Assembly (NCBI RefSeq): GCF_000008665.1
Contig: NC_000917.1
Span: forward strand, 1,440,001-1,472,000
Direction of reading: 5' to 3'
Length of the DNA stretch: 32,000 nucleotides
From: Archaeoglobus fulgidus DSM 4304
GTDB lineage: Archaea; Halobacteriota; Archaeoglobi; Archaeoglobales; Archaeoglobaceae
A model generated the notes under the pieces. That model was not told where the DNA came from and did not search any database. It worked only from the letters and a program-made list of their open reading frames with translations. Of the stretch, positions 16,265 to 24,636 are shown piece by piece. A program made the translations under genes and the position numbers. How positions within the stretch are numbered: the first letter of the stretch is position 1; every line of letters starts with the position of its first letter.

Positions 16265-17247
16265 AGCGCACCACTCCCCAGCAATAAAAGGACGAAAGCA
16301 ACTCCCACTGCCCAACCGGCGTATGAGGCAAAAAGAGGCTTCACTCCAACCCTCTGCACCCTTCCTACGTTTACCGTGTAGCAGATTGCCGCAAGAGTCG
16401 TGGCGAACATCACAGTGGCAAGCGGTCTCAATGCCTGCACGACCTCTCCCGGCAAATAGGTTGAGGAGAACAGCGCCACTCCAAGGAAGCTCACGATGTA
16501 CCACGGTACGTAAAACCTGCTCTCCGAGTAGATTATTGAAAGAATGAGGACGACGAGGGCTATCATTGCAATTCTGATTCCTTTTATCGCCAGTGCCTCT
16601 TCCTCAACACCAAAAAGCTGAGAGGAGATTTTCACAATCCCCGTTTGGTGAAGCGTAGCCCCTGCAAGAACGGCAAACTCATCGGGGGAGATGCTGGCGT
16701 AGTGGGCTATGCTTGGATACAGTATAGCTCCAGTGAGCCCTACGGCTGTTATAATCATAATTGCTGCCGAAAACTCCTCTTTCCTTGGTTTTATAAGGGG
16801 AGAGATTATTGCAATTGCCGAAACACCGCAAATACCACTTCCGCAGGCAAGAAGAATGGACATCTGCCTGCTTAGCTTTAACCGAGACGAGAGCCAGAAA
16901 ACGGTGAGAAAGATTAGGGAGGTTGAGATGAGCGTTGCAGCCACAATTTCTGGATGGAACTCGCCCAGATAGGGGATGTTGATGTTCACACCGTAAAGGG
17001 TTATACCAATGGGGAGGAGGAAGGGAACGTATCTCTCAACCACTCTTTTCTTTTCCTCGTCCCTCTGGAGGTTTCCCGCCACTATACCAAAAACAAGAGC
17101 CAGAAAGAGGGGTTCAAGGGCAGGATCAGCAAGGTTTATGATATAAGCAGCTGCACCGCAAAGTAAAAGCAGCAATAGCATCTGAAGGTTTTTTCTCGAA
17201 ACGGGCAACTCTCTGGCAACTTCAATCAGTTTTACCGTCTCGCGCAT
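16261..17247 (-). CDS. YeiH/PSE-type (UPF0324) putative sulfate exporter family protein, second copy
   Basis: LFLALVFGIVAGN...YVPFLLPIGITLYGVNINIPYLG...ILLACGSGICGVSAIAIISPLIKPRKEEFSAA...FAVLAGATLHQTGIVKISS...ALRPLATVMF. Confidence 0.82.
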   Translation of the reverse strand: MRETVKLIEVARELPVSRKNLQMLLLLLLCGAAAYIINLADPALEPLFLALVFGIVAGNLQRDEEKKRVVERYVPFLLPIGITLYGVNINIPYLGEFHPEIVAATLISTSLIFLTVFWLSSRLKLSRQMSILLACGSGICGVSAIAIISPLIKPRKEEFSAAIMIITAVGLTGAILYPSIAHYASISPDEFAVLAGATLHQTGIVKISSQLFGVEEEALAIKGIRIAMIALVVLILSIIYSESRFYVPWYIVSFLGVALFSSTYLPGEVVQALRPLATVMFATTLAAICYTVNVGRVQRVGVKPLFASYAGWAVGVAFVLLLLGSGAL

Positions 17248-17325
17248 CTGCTAAATAGTCTGTACCAACATATATAAAATTTGTTTTGGGAGTAATTTTA
17301 AATACAATTTCCCCGAAGCGGAGAC

Positions 17326-17817
17326 GTGGAGAGCGTTGAGCTTGAGGTTCTCAAACTCCTTGAGGAGAACGCAAGAATGAGCGAGGAGGAAATAGCCGAG
17401 GTTCTGGCACTGCCCGTTGACAGAGTTAAGGAGATCATTAAGAAGTTCGAGGATGATGGGGTTATTCTGAAGTACAAAGCCATCGTTGACTGGGAAAAGC
17501 TGCAGGAGGATTTTGTTTACGCTTTGATAAACGTTAAGGTCTCTTTGACGAGGGAGAAGGGGTATGATGATATTGCCAAGAGAATCGCCAAGTTCAGCGA
17601 AGTGCATGCGGTGAGGCTTGTAAGCGGTGAGTACGACTTTCAGGTTGTGGTAAAGGGGAAGAGCTTGAAGGACATCGCCTTCTTTGTTGCTGAGAAGATT
17701 TCGACCATTCCTGAGGTGAGGGATACCTTCACGCACTTCGTGCTGAGAACGTACAAGGAGGAAGGTGTGAATCTGTTTGAAGATGAGGAAGACAGGAGGC
17801 TTGCCTTTGTCCCGTAG
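17326..17817 (+). CDS. Lrp/AsnC-family transcriptional regulator
   Basis: VELEVLKLLEENARMSEEEIAEVLALPVDRVKEIIKKFEDDGVILKYKAIVDW... + RAM domain HAVRLVSGEYDFQVVVKGKSLKDIAFFVAEKISTIPEVRDTFTHFVLRTYKEEG. GTG start; TATA-like TTTTAAATA upstream. Confidence 0.9.
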   Translation: MESVELEVLKLLEENARMSEEEIAEVLALPVDRVKEIIKKFEDDGVILKYKAIVDWEKLQEDFVYALINVKVSLTREKGYDDIAKRIAKFSEVHAVRLVSGEYDFQVVVKGKSLKDIAFFVAEKISTIPEVRDTFTHFVLRTYKEEGVNLFEDEEDRRLAFVP

Positions 17818-18955
17818 ACTTGCGAGAAGGGTTGAGGAGCTGAAGCCGTCGGGAATAAGGAGATTTTTCGACTTAGTGGTGGGAAGGGATGATGTGATAA
17901 GTCTCGGCGTTGGAGAGCCAGACTTCCCCGTGCCGTGGAGGATAAGGGAGGAGATGATTTACTCGCTGGAAAAGGGATACACATCCTACACATCCAACCT
18001 CGGCCTGCCGGAGCTGAGGGAGGGGATTGCGGAGTATTATACGAGGTTCGGCGTCAAGGCTCTGCCCGAGCAGGTCATGGTTACCTCAGGCGTTAGCGAG
18101 GGCGTTGACATTGCAATCAGAGCTCTGATAGAGCCGGGCGATGCTGCTCTCATCCCTGAGCCGTGCTACGTGAGCTACAAACCACTCGTTGAGATATGCG
18201 GCGGTGAAGCCGTGACGATTCCCACCGCTCCGGAGTTCAGGCTCACCTACGAGATGCTGATGCAGTACAGGGATGCGAAGGCCAAAATTCTCGTTTTGAA
18301 CTACCCCGCAAATCCCACGGGTGTGAGCTACTCGAAGAAGGAGCTTGAGGAGATTGCTGACGCTGTAAACGAGCTCGACCTCATCGTTCTGTCCGATGAG
18401 ATTTACGCTGAGCTCACCTACACGGGAAGGCATGTTTCCATGGCCGCGCTGAACGGAATGGAGGACAGAGTTGTTATTTTCAACGGCTTCTCCAAAGCGT
18501 TCGCAATGACCGGAATGAGGGTCGGCTACGTGATTGCCCCACCTGACATCTTTGCGGGGATGCTGAAAATTCACCAGTACTGCATGCTCTGCGCTCCAAT
18601 AACGGGACAGATAGGGGCGATTGAGGCTCTGAGGAGCCTTGACGAAGTGGAGAGGATGAGGGCAGAGTACATGAGAAGAAGGAATTTTGTGGTCAAAAGA
18701 TTGAGCGAGATTTTTGAGATAAAGAAGCCTGAAGGAGCATTTTACGCTTTTCCGAAGATTTCCTCAACCGGAATGTCCAGCGAGGAGTTTGCAGAGAAGC
18801 TGCTGCTCGAGAAAAGCGTTGCGGTTGTGCCGGGAAATGCCTTCGGCGAGTGCGGGGAGGGCTACGTAAGATTGGCTTACGCTGTGAAGTTCGAGAAGCT
18901 GAAGGAAGCAATGGACAGAATAAAGGAGTTTGTTGAGGAGCATGGTGAGGGTTAA
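17777..18955 (+). CDS. PLP-dependent class I/II aminotransferase (aspartate aminotransferase family)
   Basis: DVISLGVGEPDFPVP...LVLNYPANPTGVSYSKKELEEIA...LIVLSDEIYAELTYTGRH...VVIFNGFSKAFAMTGMRVGYVIAP. The exact start may be internal to the ORF. Confidence 0.92.
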   Translation: MKMRKTGGLPLSRRLARRVEELKPSGIRRFFDLVVGRDDVISLGVGEPDFPVPWRIREEMIYSLEKGYTSYTSNLGLPELREGIAEYYTRFGVKALPEQVMVTSGVSEGVDIAIRALIEPGDAALIPEPCYVSYKPLVEICGGEAVTIPTAPEFRLTYEMLMQYRDAKAKILVLNYPANPTGVSYSKKELEEIADAVNELDLIVLSDEIYAELTYTGRHVSMAALNGMEDRVVIFNGFSKAFAMTGMRVGYVIAPPDIFAGMLKIHQYCMLCAPITGQIGAIEALRSLDEVERMRAEYMRRRNFVVKRLSEIFEIKKPEGAFYAFPKISSTGMSSEEFAEKLLLEKSVAVVPGNAFGECGEGYVRLAYAVKFEKLKEAMDRIKEFVEEHGEG

Positions 18956-19202
18956 GCTTTTCGCAAACTTCAGGGAGGCGGCGGGAGTTAAGGAGGTTGA
19001 GGTTGAAGCCGGAACTGTGGGAGAGGTGCTGCAGGAGCTGGTAAGGAGGTTTCCGAAGCTCGAAAGCCTGTTTTACGAGGAGGGAAGGCTGAGGGACTAC
19101 GTCAACATCATGGTCAACGGGAGGAACGTTAGAGGGGATTTGAATTACCCGCTCAGCCACACAGATGAGGTCGCAATATTCCCGCCGGTGAGCGGGGGGT
19201 AG
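18942..19202 (+). CDS. MoaD/ThiS-like ubiquitin-fold sulfur carrier
   Basis: MVRVKLFANFREAAGVKEVEVEAGTVGEVLQELVRRFPKLES...VNIMVNGRNV...DEVAIFPPVSGG, ending in Gly-Gly; overlaps the aminotransferase 3' end. Confidence 0.9.
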   Translation: MVRVKLFANFREAAGVKEVEVEAGTVGEVLQELVRRFPKLESLFYEEGRLRDYVNIMVNGRNVRGDLNYPLSHTDEVAIFPPVSGG

Positions 19203-19274
19203 GAGAAATTTTCCGTAGAACAGCTTACACTTTTGAAAGATAAATATTTATTGCCCAGGGTTAAATTTTAAGCG

Positions 19275-21020
19275 ATGGATAGTAAGGCCGTATCGCCCCT
19301 CATAGGATTCGTTTTGATGCTTGCCATCATAATGGGGTTAATCGGAATCATGCAGGCCCAGTGGGTGCCTGTTTGGAATAAAGAGGTTGAGGCGGAACAT
19401 TTATCAAAGCTTGAATTTGAGGCTTCAGAAATCCCAAAAATTATGTTTATTTCCGCTACAACTGGAAAACAGGGGGTTGCGAGCATAGATGCAGGTTGTG
19501 AGTACCCAAACAGGGGGTTTCTGATAAATCCTTCAACAGCATCAACATCCTTAAAAGCAATTCCTCTAAGCGTTGATGTTAAGTTCAACGAAACGCTGCC
19601 TAATGGCAGTTTATTCCGTTACAGCAACAAGTTTACAACCTATGCAATAATTGTTCAACCAAACTACTTTTACATGCAAAAACCTGAAATAATCGTAGAG
19701 CACTCTGCCGTAATCAAAACCAGCGGAAATTCCGCCCTCAACGTTTCCTCACCCGTCTCATTTTCGAGGAATAAAGTTCACCTGTTTATCGTAAACTCCA
19801 CCTTCAGTTCAATTTCTACACCTAATACACTAAATCTTCAATTTATCCCTGTCTCATATGGTGGAGATACCTTTGTCAAAAATGCATCAATAACTCTAAA
19901 AGTGTTAGATGAAACCTTTGACTGGTGGAATAAAACTTTAAAGAATATTTTTGGAGCGGGCAACGTTACAGCCGATGGGAGTAGGAAGGAAATGACCTTT
20001 AGGCTTTTCAACACGACGTTGAGCATGAGTTATCTGATTGTTCAGGCTTCGATTGGTGAAAGAGCTAAACTTAATGAGAGAATCGAACCTTACAGAATCT
20101 TTGCTACTTCAAGCAATACTCTGTCAATGCTGAAAGGAGAGCAAAGAGAGTTGAATGTAAAGGTTTTGGATATCTACAACAACCCCGTTAGAGGGTATTC
20201 ACGTGTTAGCTATTCTGTTGTTTCCGGGGGCGATAAGTGTCGCATTGTGTCAGCATCCCCTCAAACTGATGAGAAAGGAGTTTTTACGGTTACGGTTGAA
20301 GCAGTGAATTCTGGCAACTGTGATGTAGAGTTTCGGATAGATAGCATAAATTCAGGATTCAACAAAACTAAATTTTCGATAACTGTTATTCCTGTTAGTT
20401 CTGGAGGGTTAGGAGGACAAGGATATTTGTCTTTCACTCCTGCATCAAGAGGGTTGGTTGAGATATACCATGGCCCTGTAAACGGGTTTATCGATCCAAC
20501 AAAACCGCCTGCAGAGAGTCCAAGAGATTTAATCACAGACCCAAACTGGGAGCCATATGCTCTGGAAGACAAAGAACTGGCTGCTTATAATGATGGATCC
20601 TGGGACTGGTGGTCAGGCGAATATGTGCCCACCTCTGGATATTTGGAAAAAACGCAAAATAATGCTCAGTCTAAACAAAATAGCCAAAAGAATCATGCCT
20701 CCCAGTTGTTTGAGTTTAATGTCGGAGATGTACAAATGAGTAGTTTGAAAGTCTTCTGGAACGGTATTGCTTGGTTGGATGTGCAAAATAATCGCAATGA
20801 TGGAGTTGTTCTTTACGTCTGGAATGGAACTGGTTGGGAATACCTGTGTGACACGACATCAAGTAGCGAAGTGTGGTTGCAATGCGAAAAGAGAGGTAAC
20901 TACATCCAAAACAAGAAAGTGTACTTGCTAATAGTCCAAAATGACTGGACACAAACTTGGAAAGGCAACAGAGACTCGCAAATATACACCGACTACATCG
21001 AACTTGACATTCTGACTTGA
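19275..21020 (+). CDS. Large archaeal pilin/flagellin-like or surface protein (N-terminal class III-like signal, Ig-like region)
   Basis: MDSKAVSPLIGFVLMLAIIMGLIGIMQAQWVPVWNKEVE resembles archaeal pilin-like signals (KAVSPLIG). Followed by a 581-aa region rich in N-glycosylation sequons with an Ig-like LKGEQRELNVKVLDIYNNPVRG...VFTVTVEAVNSG repeat. Confidence 0.75.
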   Translation: MDSKAVSPLIGFVLMLAIIMGLIGIMQAQWVPVWNKEVEAEHLSKLEFEASEIPKIMFISATTGKQGVASIDAGCEYPNRGFLINPSTASTSLKAIPLSVDVKFNETLPNGSLFRYSNKFTTYAIIVQPNYFYMQKPEIIVEHSAVIKTSGNSALNVSSPVSFSRNKVHLFIVNSTFSSISTPNTLNLQFIPVSYGGDTFVKNASITLKVLDETFDWWNKTLKNIFGAGNVTADGSRKEMTFRLFNTTLSMSYLIVQASIGERAKLNERIEPYRIFATSSNTLSMLKGEQRELNVKVLDIYNNPVRGYSRVSYSVVSGGDKCRIVSASPQTDEKGVFTVTVEAVNSGNCDVEFRIDSINSGFNKTKFSITVIPVSSGGLGGQGYLSFTPASRGLVEIYHGPVNGFIDPTKPPAESPRDLITDPNWEPYALEDKELAAYNDGSWDWWSGEYVPTSGYLEKTQNNAQSKQNSQKNHASQLFEFNVGDVQMSSLKVFWNGIAWLDVQNNRNDGVVLYVWNGTGWEYLCDTTSSSEVWLQCEKRGNYIQNKKVYLLIVQNDWTQTWKGNRDSQIYTDYIELDILT

Positions 21021-21174
21021 GAAGGCAGAGTCTTGGAAATATAGTTTTTTCAAAAACAATAGGAACAAAGTTTACGAAAATAAAACTGATTTGCCCAAAC
21101 CATCACTAAGCTTAACCATTAAAGCAAAATCGAATTGGGATAACGAACTTTGTCAAAGCCAATCAAACTCCATT

Positions 21175-21250
21175 ATATCATTAGTTGCCGTTGAAAACCC
21201 TCTCTCAGCTCTCCTCCAGCGGCTTTACCGTCTTTATTGCCCATCAACCT
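21175..21250 (-). pseudogene. Degraded fragment of a radical SAM gene (paralogous to the 3' portion of 26343-27264)
   Basis: GTTGCCGTTGAAAACCCTCTCTCAGCTCTCCTCCAGCGGCTTTACCGTCTTTATTGC.CCATCAACCT closely matches 26371-26443. The reverse reading has an in-frame TGA (EES*ERVFNGN) and a probable indel. Confidence 0.75.
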
Positions 21251-21329
21251 CCCTCTAAAATTTACCTCACATAGCACTTCTAACAATCTCTTACGGTCCC
21301 CAACCAAAAACCTTAAATAAGTTAACTAT

Positions 21330-21350
21330 TTCTAACAAAATGTTAGAAAA
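21330..21350. promoter_or_regulatory. Perfect palindrome TTTCTAAC-AAAAT-GTTAGAAA (candidate operator)
   Basis: 8-nt arms and 5-nt spacer, just downstream of TATA-like TTAAATAA (about 21314-21321) and 17 nt upstream of the 21368 start. Confidence 0.6.
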
Positions 21351-21367
21351 ACATAACGAGGTGGAGT

Positions 21368-21730
21368 ATGCGGTACGCCAAAGCTGGAATCTTAACGGCA
21401 ATTGCTGTAGGGGCTGCGGTGGGATATGCAGTAGAAAGCGGGAAGTGGTTTATTGCAGTAATTGCAGTAATTGCCGGACTCCTTCTGCTTTCGGTGGTGA
21501 GGAGGAGGACAGACGAAATCATAGAGGATGAGAGAACTTTAAAGATAAGCGAGAGGGCTTCGAGGAGAACGATTGAAGTTTTCAGCATTGGAGCAGCTTT
21601 GTTGGGGGCTGTAATGCTGGCCCTTGACTTGCACAGAGATGCAGCCTTCGCTCTCGAATTTGCCGTCTGCGGGGTTCTCGTGCTTTACCTTGCCTTCTAC
21701 AGCTATTACAGCGTGCGAGCGTTGAACTAA
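21368..21730 (+). CDS. Small multi-TM membrane protein, DUF2178-like
   Basis: Hydrophobic helices flanking [42 protein letters not shown]; adjacent XRE regulator. Confidence 0.75.
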   Translation: MRYAKAGILTAIAVGAAVGYAVESGKWFIAVIAVIAGLLLLSVVRRRTDEIIEDERTLKISERASRRTIEVFSIGAALLGAVMLALDLHRDAAFALEFAVCGVLVLYLAFYSYYSVRALN

Positions 21731-21743
21731 CAAAGGTGCCAGT

Positions 21744-21959
21744 ATGAGAACGAGAATAAAGGAGTTCAGAGCGAAGTTCAACATGACTCAGGAGGAGCTG
21801 GCTAAAAGAGTTGGGGTGAGGAGGGAGACCATTGTTTTCCTTGAGAAGGGAAAGTACAACCCATCCCTAAAGCTGGCCTACAAAATAGCGAGAGTTTTCA
21901 ATGCAAAAATTGAGGACATCTTTATTTTTGATGAGGAGGAGCTATGGGAAAAAAGGTAA
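21744..21959 (+). CDS. XRE/Cro-type HTH regulator (71 aa)
   Basis: [65 protein letters not shown]. Confidence 0.92.
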   Translation: MRTRIKEFRAKFNMTQEELAKRVGVRRETIVFLEKGKYNPSLKLAYKIARVFNAKIEDIFIFDEEELWEKR

Positions 21960-22136
21960 AGTTATAGGGTGTTCCTTCAACCCCTAACCCAATCTCCTTC
22001 CATTTACCTCTGTAAAGCGAACAACGAGCTCTTCCACCTTCCCCTTCAACAGGACAAAACTACACAACCCTAAATCAAAAACAAAACCACCAAAATTCGA
22101 AAAATTAATCAATCTAACCGAATCATCCTTTTTCAG

Positions 22137-23171
22137 GTGATTCAAGTGAAACTACCAGTAATTCCTGCCAGAGGAGACGAGAAATGGGAGCTCCTATCTC
22201 AAATCGTAAGCAAGCTTGAATCAAGAGAAGCAAAGAAATCGCTGGCGAGAAATGGAATATCTCCAGTCAATAAAGCCGTAGAGTACCTCAAAGTAATGGC
22301 TATGTTCTTCGAACTGGAGATTTCCTATGCTGTAAGCGAATTGAATAAGCGGTCAGAACTGAGAAAGTTCTTGAGGCTAGGAGAGGAAATAAAACTGAGA
22401 TCTATCTACAGCTTCATGTCGAAATTTGAGGCTGAGCAGTTTATAAGCTTAGTTTTCTCCATCCTAAACGTTAACGCAAAGAGAAGTAGAAAGAAATCAT
22501 CAATTTTAATATTGGATTGGACAGATATATCACTCGACCTAAATCCCTTCAGGAGGAGAGAATTGAGTAATAAGCCATACAAATGGGGTTATTCAACCAA
22601 GGGATTCTTTCTCGGCATGAAGATGATGATTTTAATCGACTACAATACTTTAACGCCTCTTTTCTTCCACATTTACCCTGCTAACACTCACGAGAGCAGA
22701 ATCTATCCGGTAATTCTGGAAATGCTCAAGAGGAGGAAGCTAATCAGGTTTGGAGACTCTATCATCATGGACAGAGGTTTCTACGCCTACAAAAACTATC
22801 TGATTGGACTGAGATACGGGATCATTCCCCTAATTATCCCAAGAAAGAATTTCAGAGAAGAGAGGCTTAAAGGGATGGTTAGCTATCCTCTGAGCATATT
22901 TGCCTCTAAGAACGTTGAGAAGGAGAAAAAGAGATACAGGAAGCTTGTAAGAAAATTGTTTGAAGGGTTGAAGCAAAATCTTAAGACTTTGAGGAGTATA
23001 ATTGAAGACGTGATAAAGCTGGGGAAAGAAGCTTTCAGTTTGAGGGATTTGCACTGCTATACGGTCGATTCTGTGAGAAAGAAGTGTGCTCTTTCTGTCC
23101 TGTTAGTGGGGATGACGGTTAAGCTGGGTTTTAGGGAAAAGAAGGTAATTCAGAGATTGTCGGAGTGGTGA
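22137..23171 (+). mobile_element. DDE-type transposase ORF (IS4/IS5-like) of an insertion sequence
   Basis: 344-aa ORF: ILILDWTDISLDLNPF...GYSTKGFFLGMKMMILIDYNTLTPLFFHIYPANTHESRIYPVILEMLKRR...DSIIMDRGFYAYKNYL...GIIPLIIPRKN, with D...D...E-type spacing. Terminal inverted repeats could not be resolved by eye. Confidence 0.82.
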
Positions 23172-23193
23172 TATAGAGAAGACCTTATATGTT

Positions 23194-23930
23194 TTGATTT
23201 CTCCTGCTAAGGCCTCAATGACGGTTGATAAAAAGGAGTTAAATGTTGCTATTTCTGGAATTGGCAATTTCAAAACTTACGCTATAGTCTTCAAGCCAAA
23301 TTATCTTTACTCCACCTCGCCAAGCCTCATTTATGAGCATTCAGCTGTTCTAAAAATGCAGAACTCGGCAATTGTAGTCGATTCGGATCAGAGCACCTTC
23401 TCAAGTGAGAAGATATCTATTTACCTTATTAACGCAACTTTCAACCCCTTTTCAACAACTGAGAACGTCAATTTAATTTTCCAGCCTATCTCTTATGGTG
23501 GAGCTATTAAATTTACAGGAACGATAACTTTCGAGTGCTACAACGAGCAAACTGCCGAGTGGTGGAATGAGACGCTGGGAGATATTTACGGGGCAGGAAA
23601 TGTGGACAGGGATGGAACCAATGTAACCGTAATACTCAATGACGTTGAGCTCTCTATTAATTACTTAATTGCCACTGCAACCTCATCAAGAAGTGTTAGA
23701 TACGATGTTGACCTTGAGCCCAAACATCTGAAACCCCTCTTAAACGATTCAGCAACTTACCAGCTCTCTGCTGGAAGTGTAAAAGACTTTGGGGTTTTGG
23801 TGCTTGATGAATACCTAAATCCAATCAGAAATAAAGCTAAGTTGGCCTCTGTTTCCATTAACCCTGATTGTGGTAGCTGTAATAAATATCTGAATTCAAA
23901 TGGGGAAGTCTGGTGCAGCTTTACTCCTTT
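23194..23930 (+). pseudogene. Truncated paralog of the 19275-21020 surface protein (lacks N-terminal signal and C-terminal part)
   Basis: KTYAIVFKPNYLYSTSPSLIYEHSAVLKMQNSA...INATFNPFSTTENVNLIFQPISYGGAIKF...WWNETLGDIYGAGNVDRDG aligns by eye with TTYAIIVQPNYFYMQKPEIIVEHSAVIKTSGNSA...VNSTFSSISTPNTLNLQFIPVSYGGDTF...WWNKTLKNIFGAGNVTADG. Confidence 0.8.
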
Positions 23931-24169
23931 CCCTCCTCGTCGCTCGTGTGCCTCGCCATAACGCAAAAAACAATCTCTCCTGCCCTGAGCTTTCTCAAAC
24001 CATCCTCTCTGTCCACGACCTTACAGCCGGGAGGGAGTATGCTGCTAACAGGAACGAGATTGAATCTCTCTATCCCGGCATCGCGCAGTGCAAGCTCGAA
24101 ACTCACCAGCTCGTCGTGGTGCCTTCCGATTCCGGAAACGAAGAAGACCTCTCTGGGAACCAGTGCCAT
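23921..24169 (-). CDS. pdaD: Truncated pyruvoyl-dependent arginine decarboxylase
   Basis: MALVPREVFFVSGIGRHHDELVSFELALRDAGIERFNLVPVSSILPPGCKVVDREDGLRKLRAGEIVFCVMARHTSDEEGKE* carries the VSSILPPGC processing-site region but ends where the rest of the alpha chain should follow (82 aa versus about 160 aa for the family). Confidence 0.82.
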   Translation of the reverse strand: MALVPREVFFVSGIGRHHDELVSFELALRDAGIERFNLVPVSSILPPGCKVVDREDGLRKLRAGEIVFCVMARHTSDEEGKE

Positions 24170-24200
24170 GGTGGTAGGTTTTGCGGGCTAAATTTAACGT

Positions 24201-24452
24201 TTATCCAAAAATCGGAAAAACACCCAGGCTCTCAACGATATTCCAGTCAGTACTCACCAAGTTCGCAAAATTGGACAATAATACAGCCGCCAGCCCACCC
24301 TTCTTCACCAGCTCCTTGTAGAATCTATTTACAAGAAACCTTACAACCTCTGCGTTGGAGGACAATCCCAGCTCCTTTTTTATTTCGTAAAACTTCGTTT
24401 CCATCTCATCATCCATGACGATTCTGAGGCTTAGGATTTTCTTATCCACCAT
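24201..24452 (-). CDS. Small ribbon-helix-helix-like DNA-binding protein
   Basis: MVDKKILSLRIVMDDEMETKFYEIKKELGLSSNAEVVRFLVNRFYKELVKKG; RHH-like spacing. Confidence 0.7.
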   Translation of the reverse strand: MVDKKILSLRIVMDDEMETKFYEIKKELGLSSNAEVVRFLVNRFYKELVKKGGLAAVLLSNFANLVSTDWNIVESLGVFPIFG

Positions 24453-24636
24453 ACTCAACCTTCGATGTCAAATTTAAGAAATTTTCTATCTTTTTGTGAA
24501 CATTTTGTAAATAATCTATCAGTATAATACTTTTTTCGATTTCTTTCTGCTTTTTTAAGCAAAATTACGAAATTTTTTGAAATTTTTTGACACAAAAATT
24601 AACAAAACTTAAATTTTTTACCACATCTTGACTCAT

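Noticed and set aside
14342-16547. Plus-strand ORFs antisense to the PAS/DUF835 gene (e.g. 14342-14758, 15614-16213)
   Set aside because: Antisense shadows of a coherent multi-domain reading frame.
22137-23171. Terminal inverted repeats and target-site duplication of the insertion element
   Set aside because: I compared flanks 21960-22136 and 23172-23260 by eye and found no convincing matching ends, so no IS boundaries are reported.
23900-24418. 172-aa plus-strand ORF across the pdaD fragment and RHH gene
   Set aside because: Antisense to two better supported reading frames and without recognisable features.
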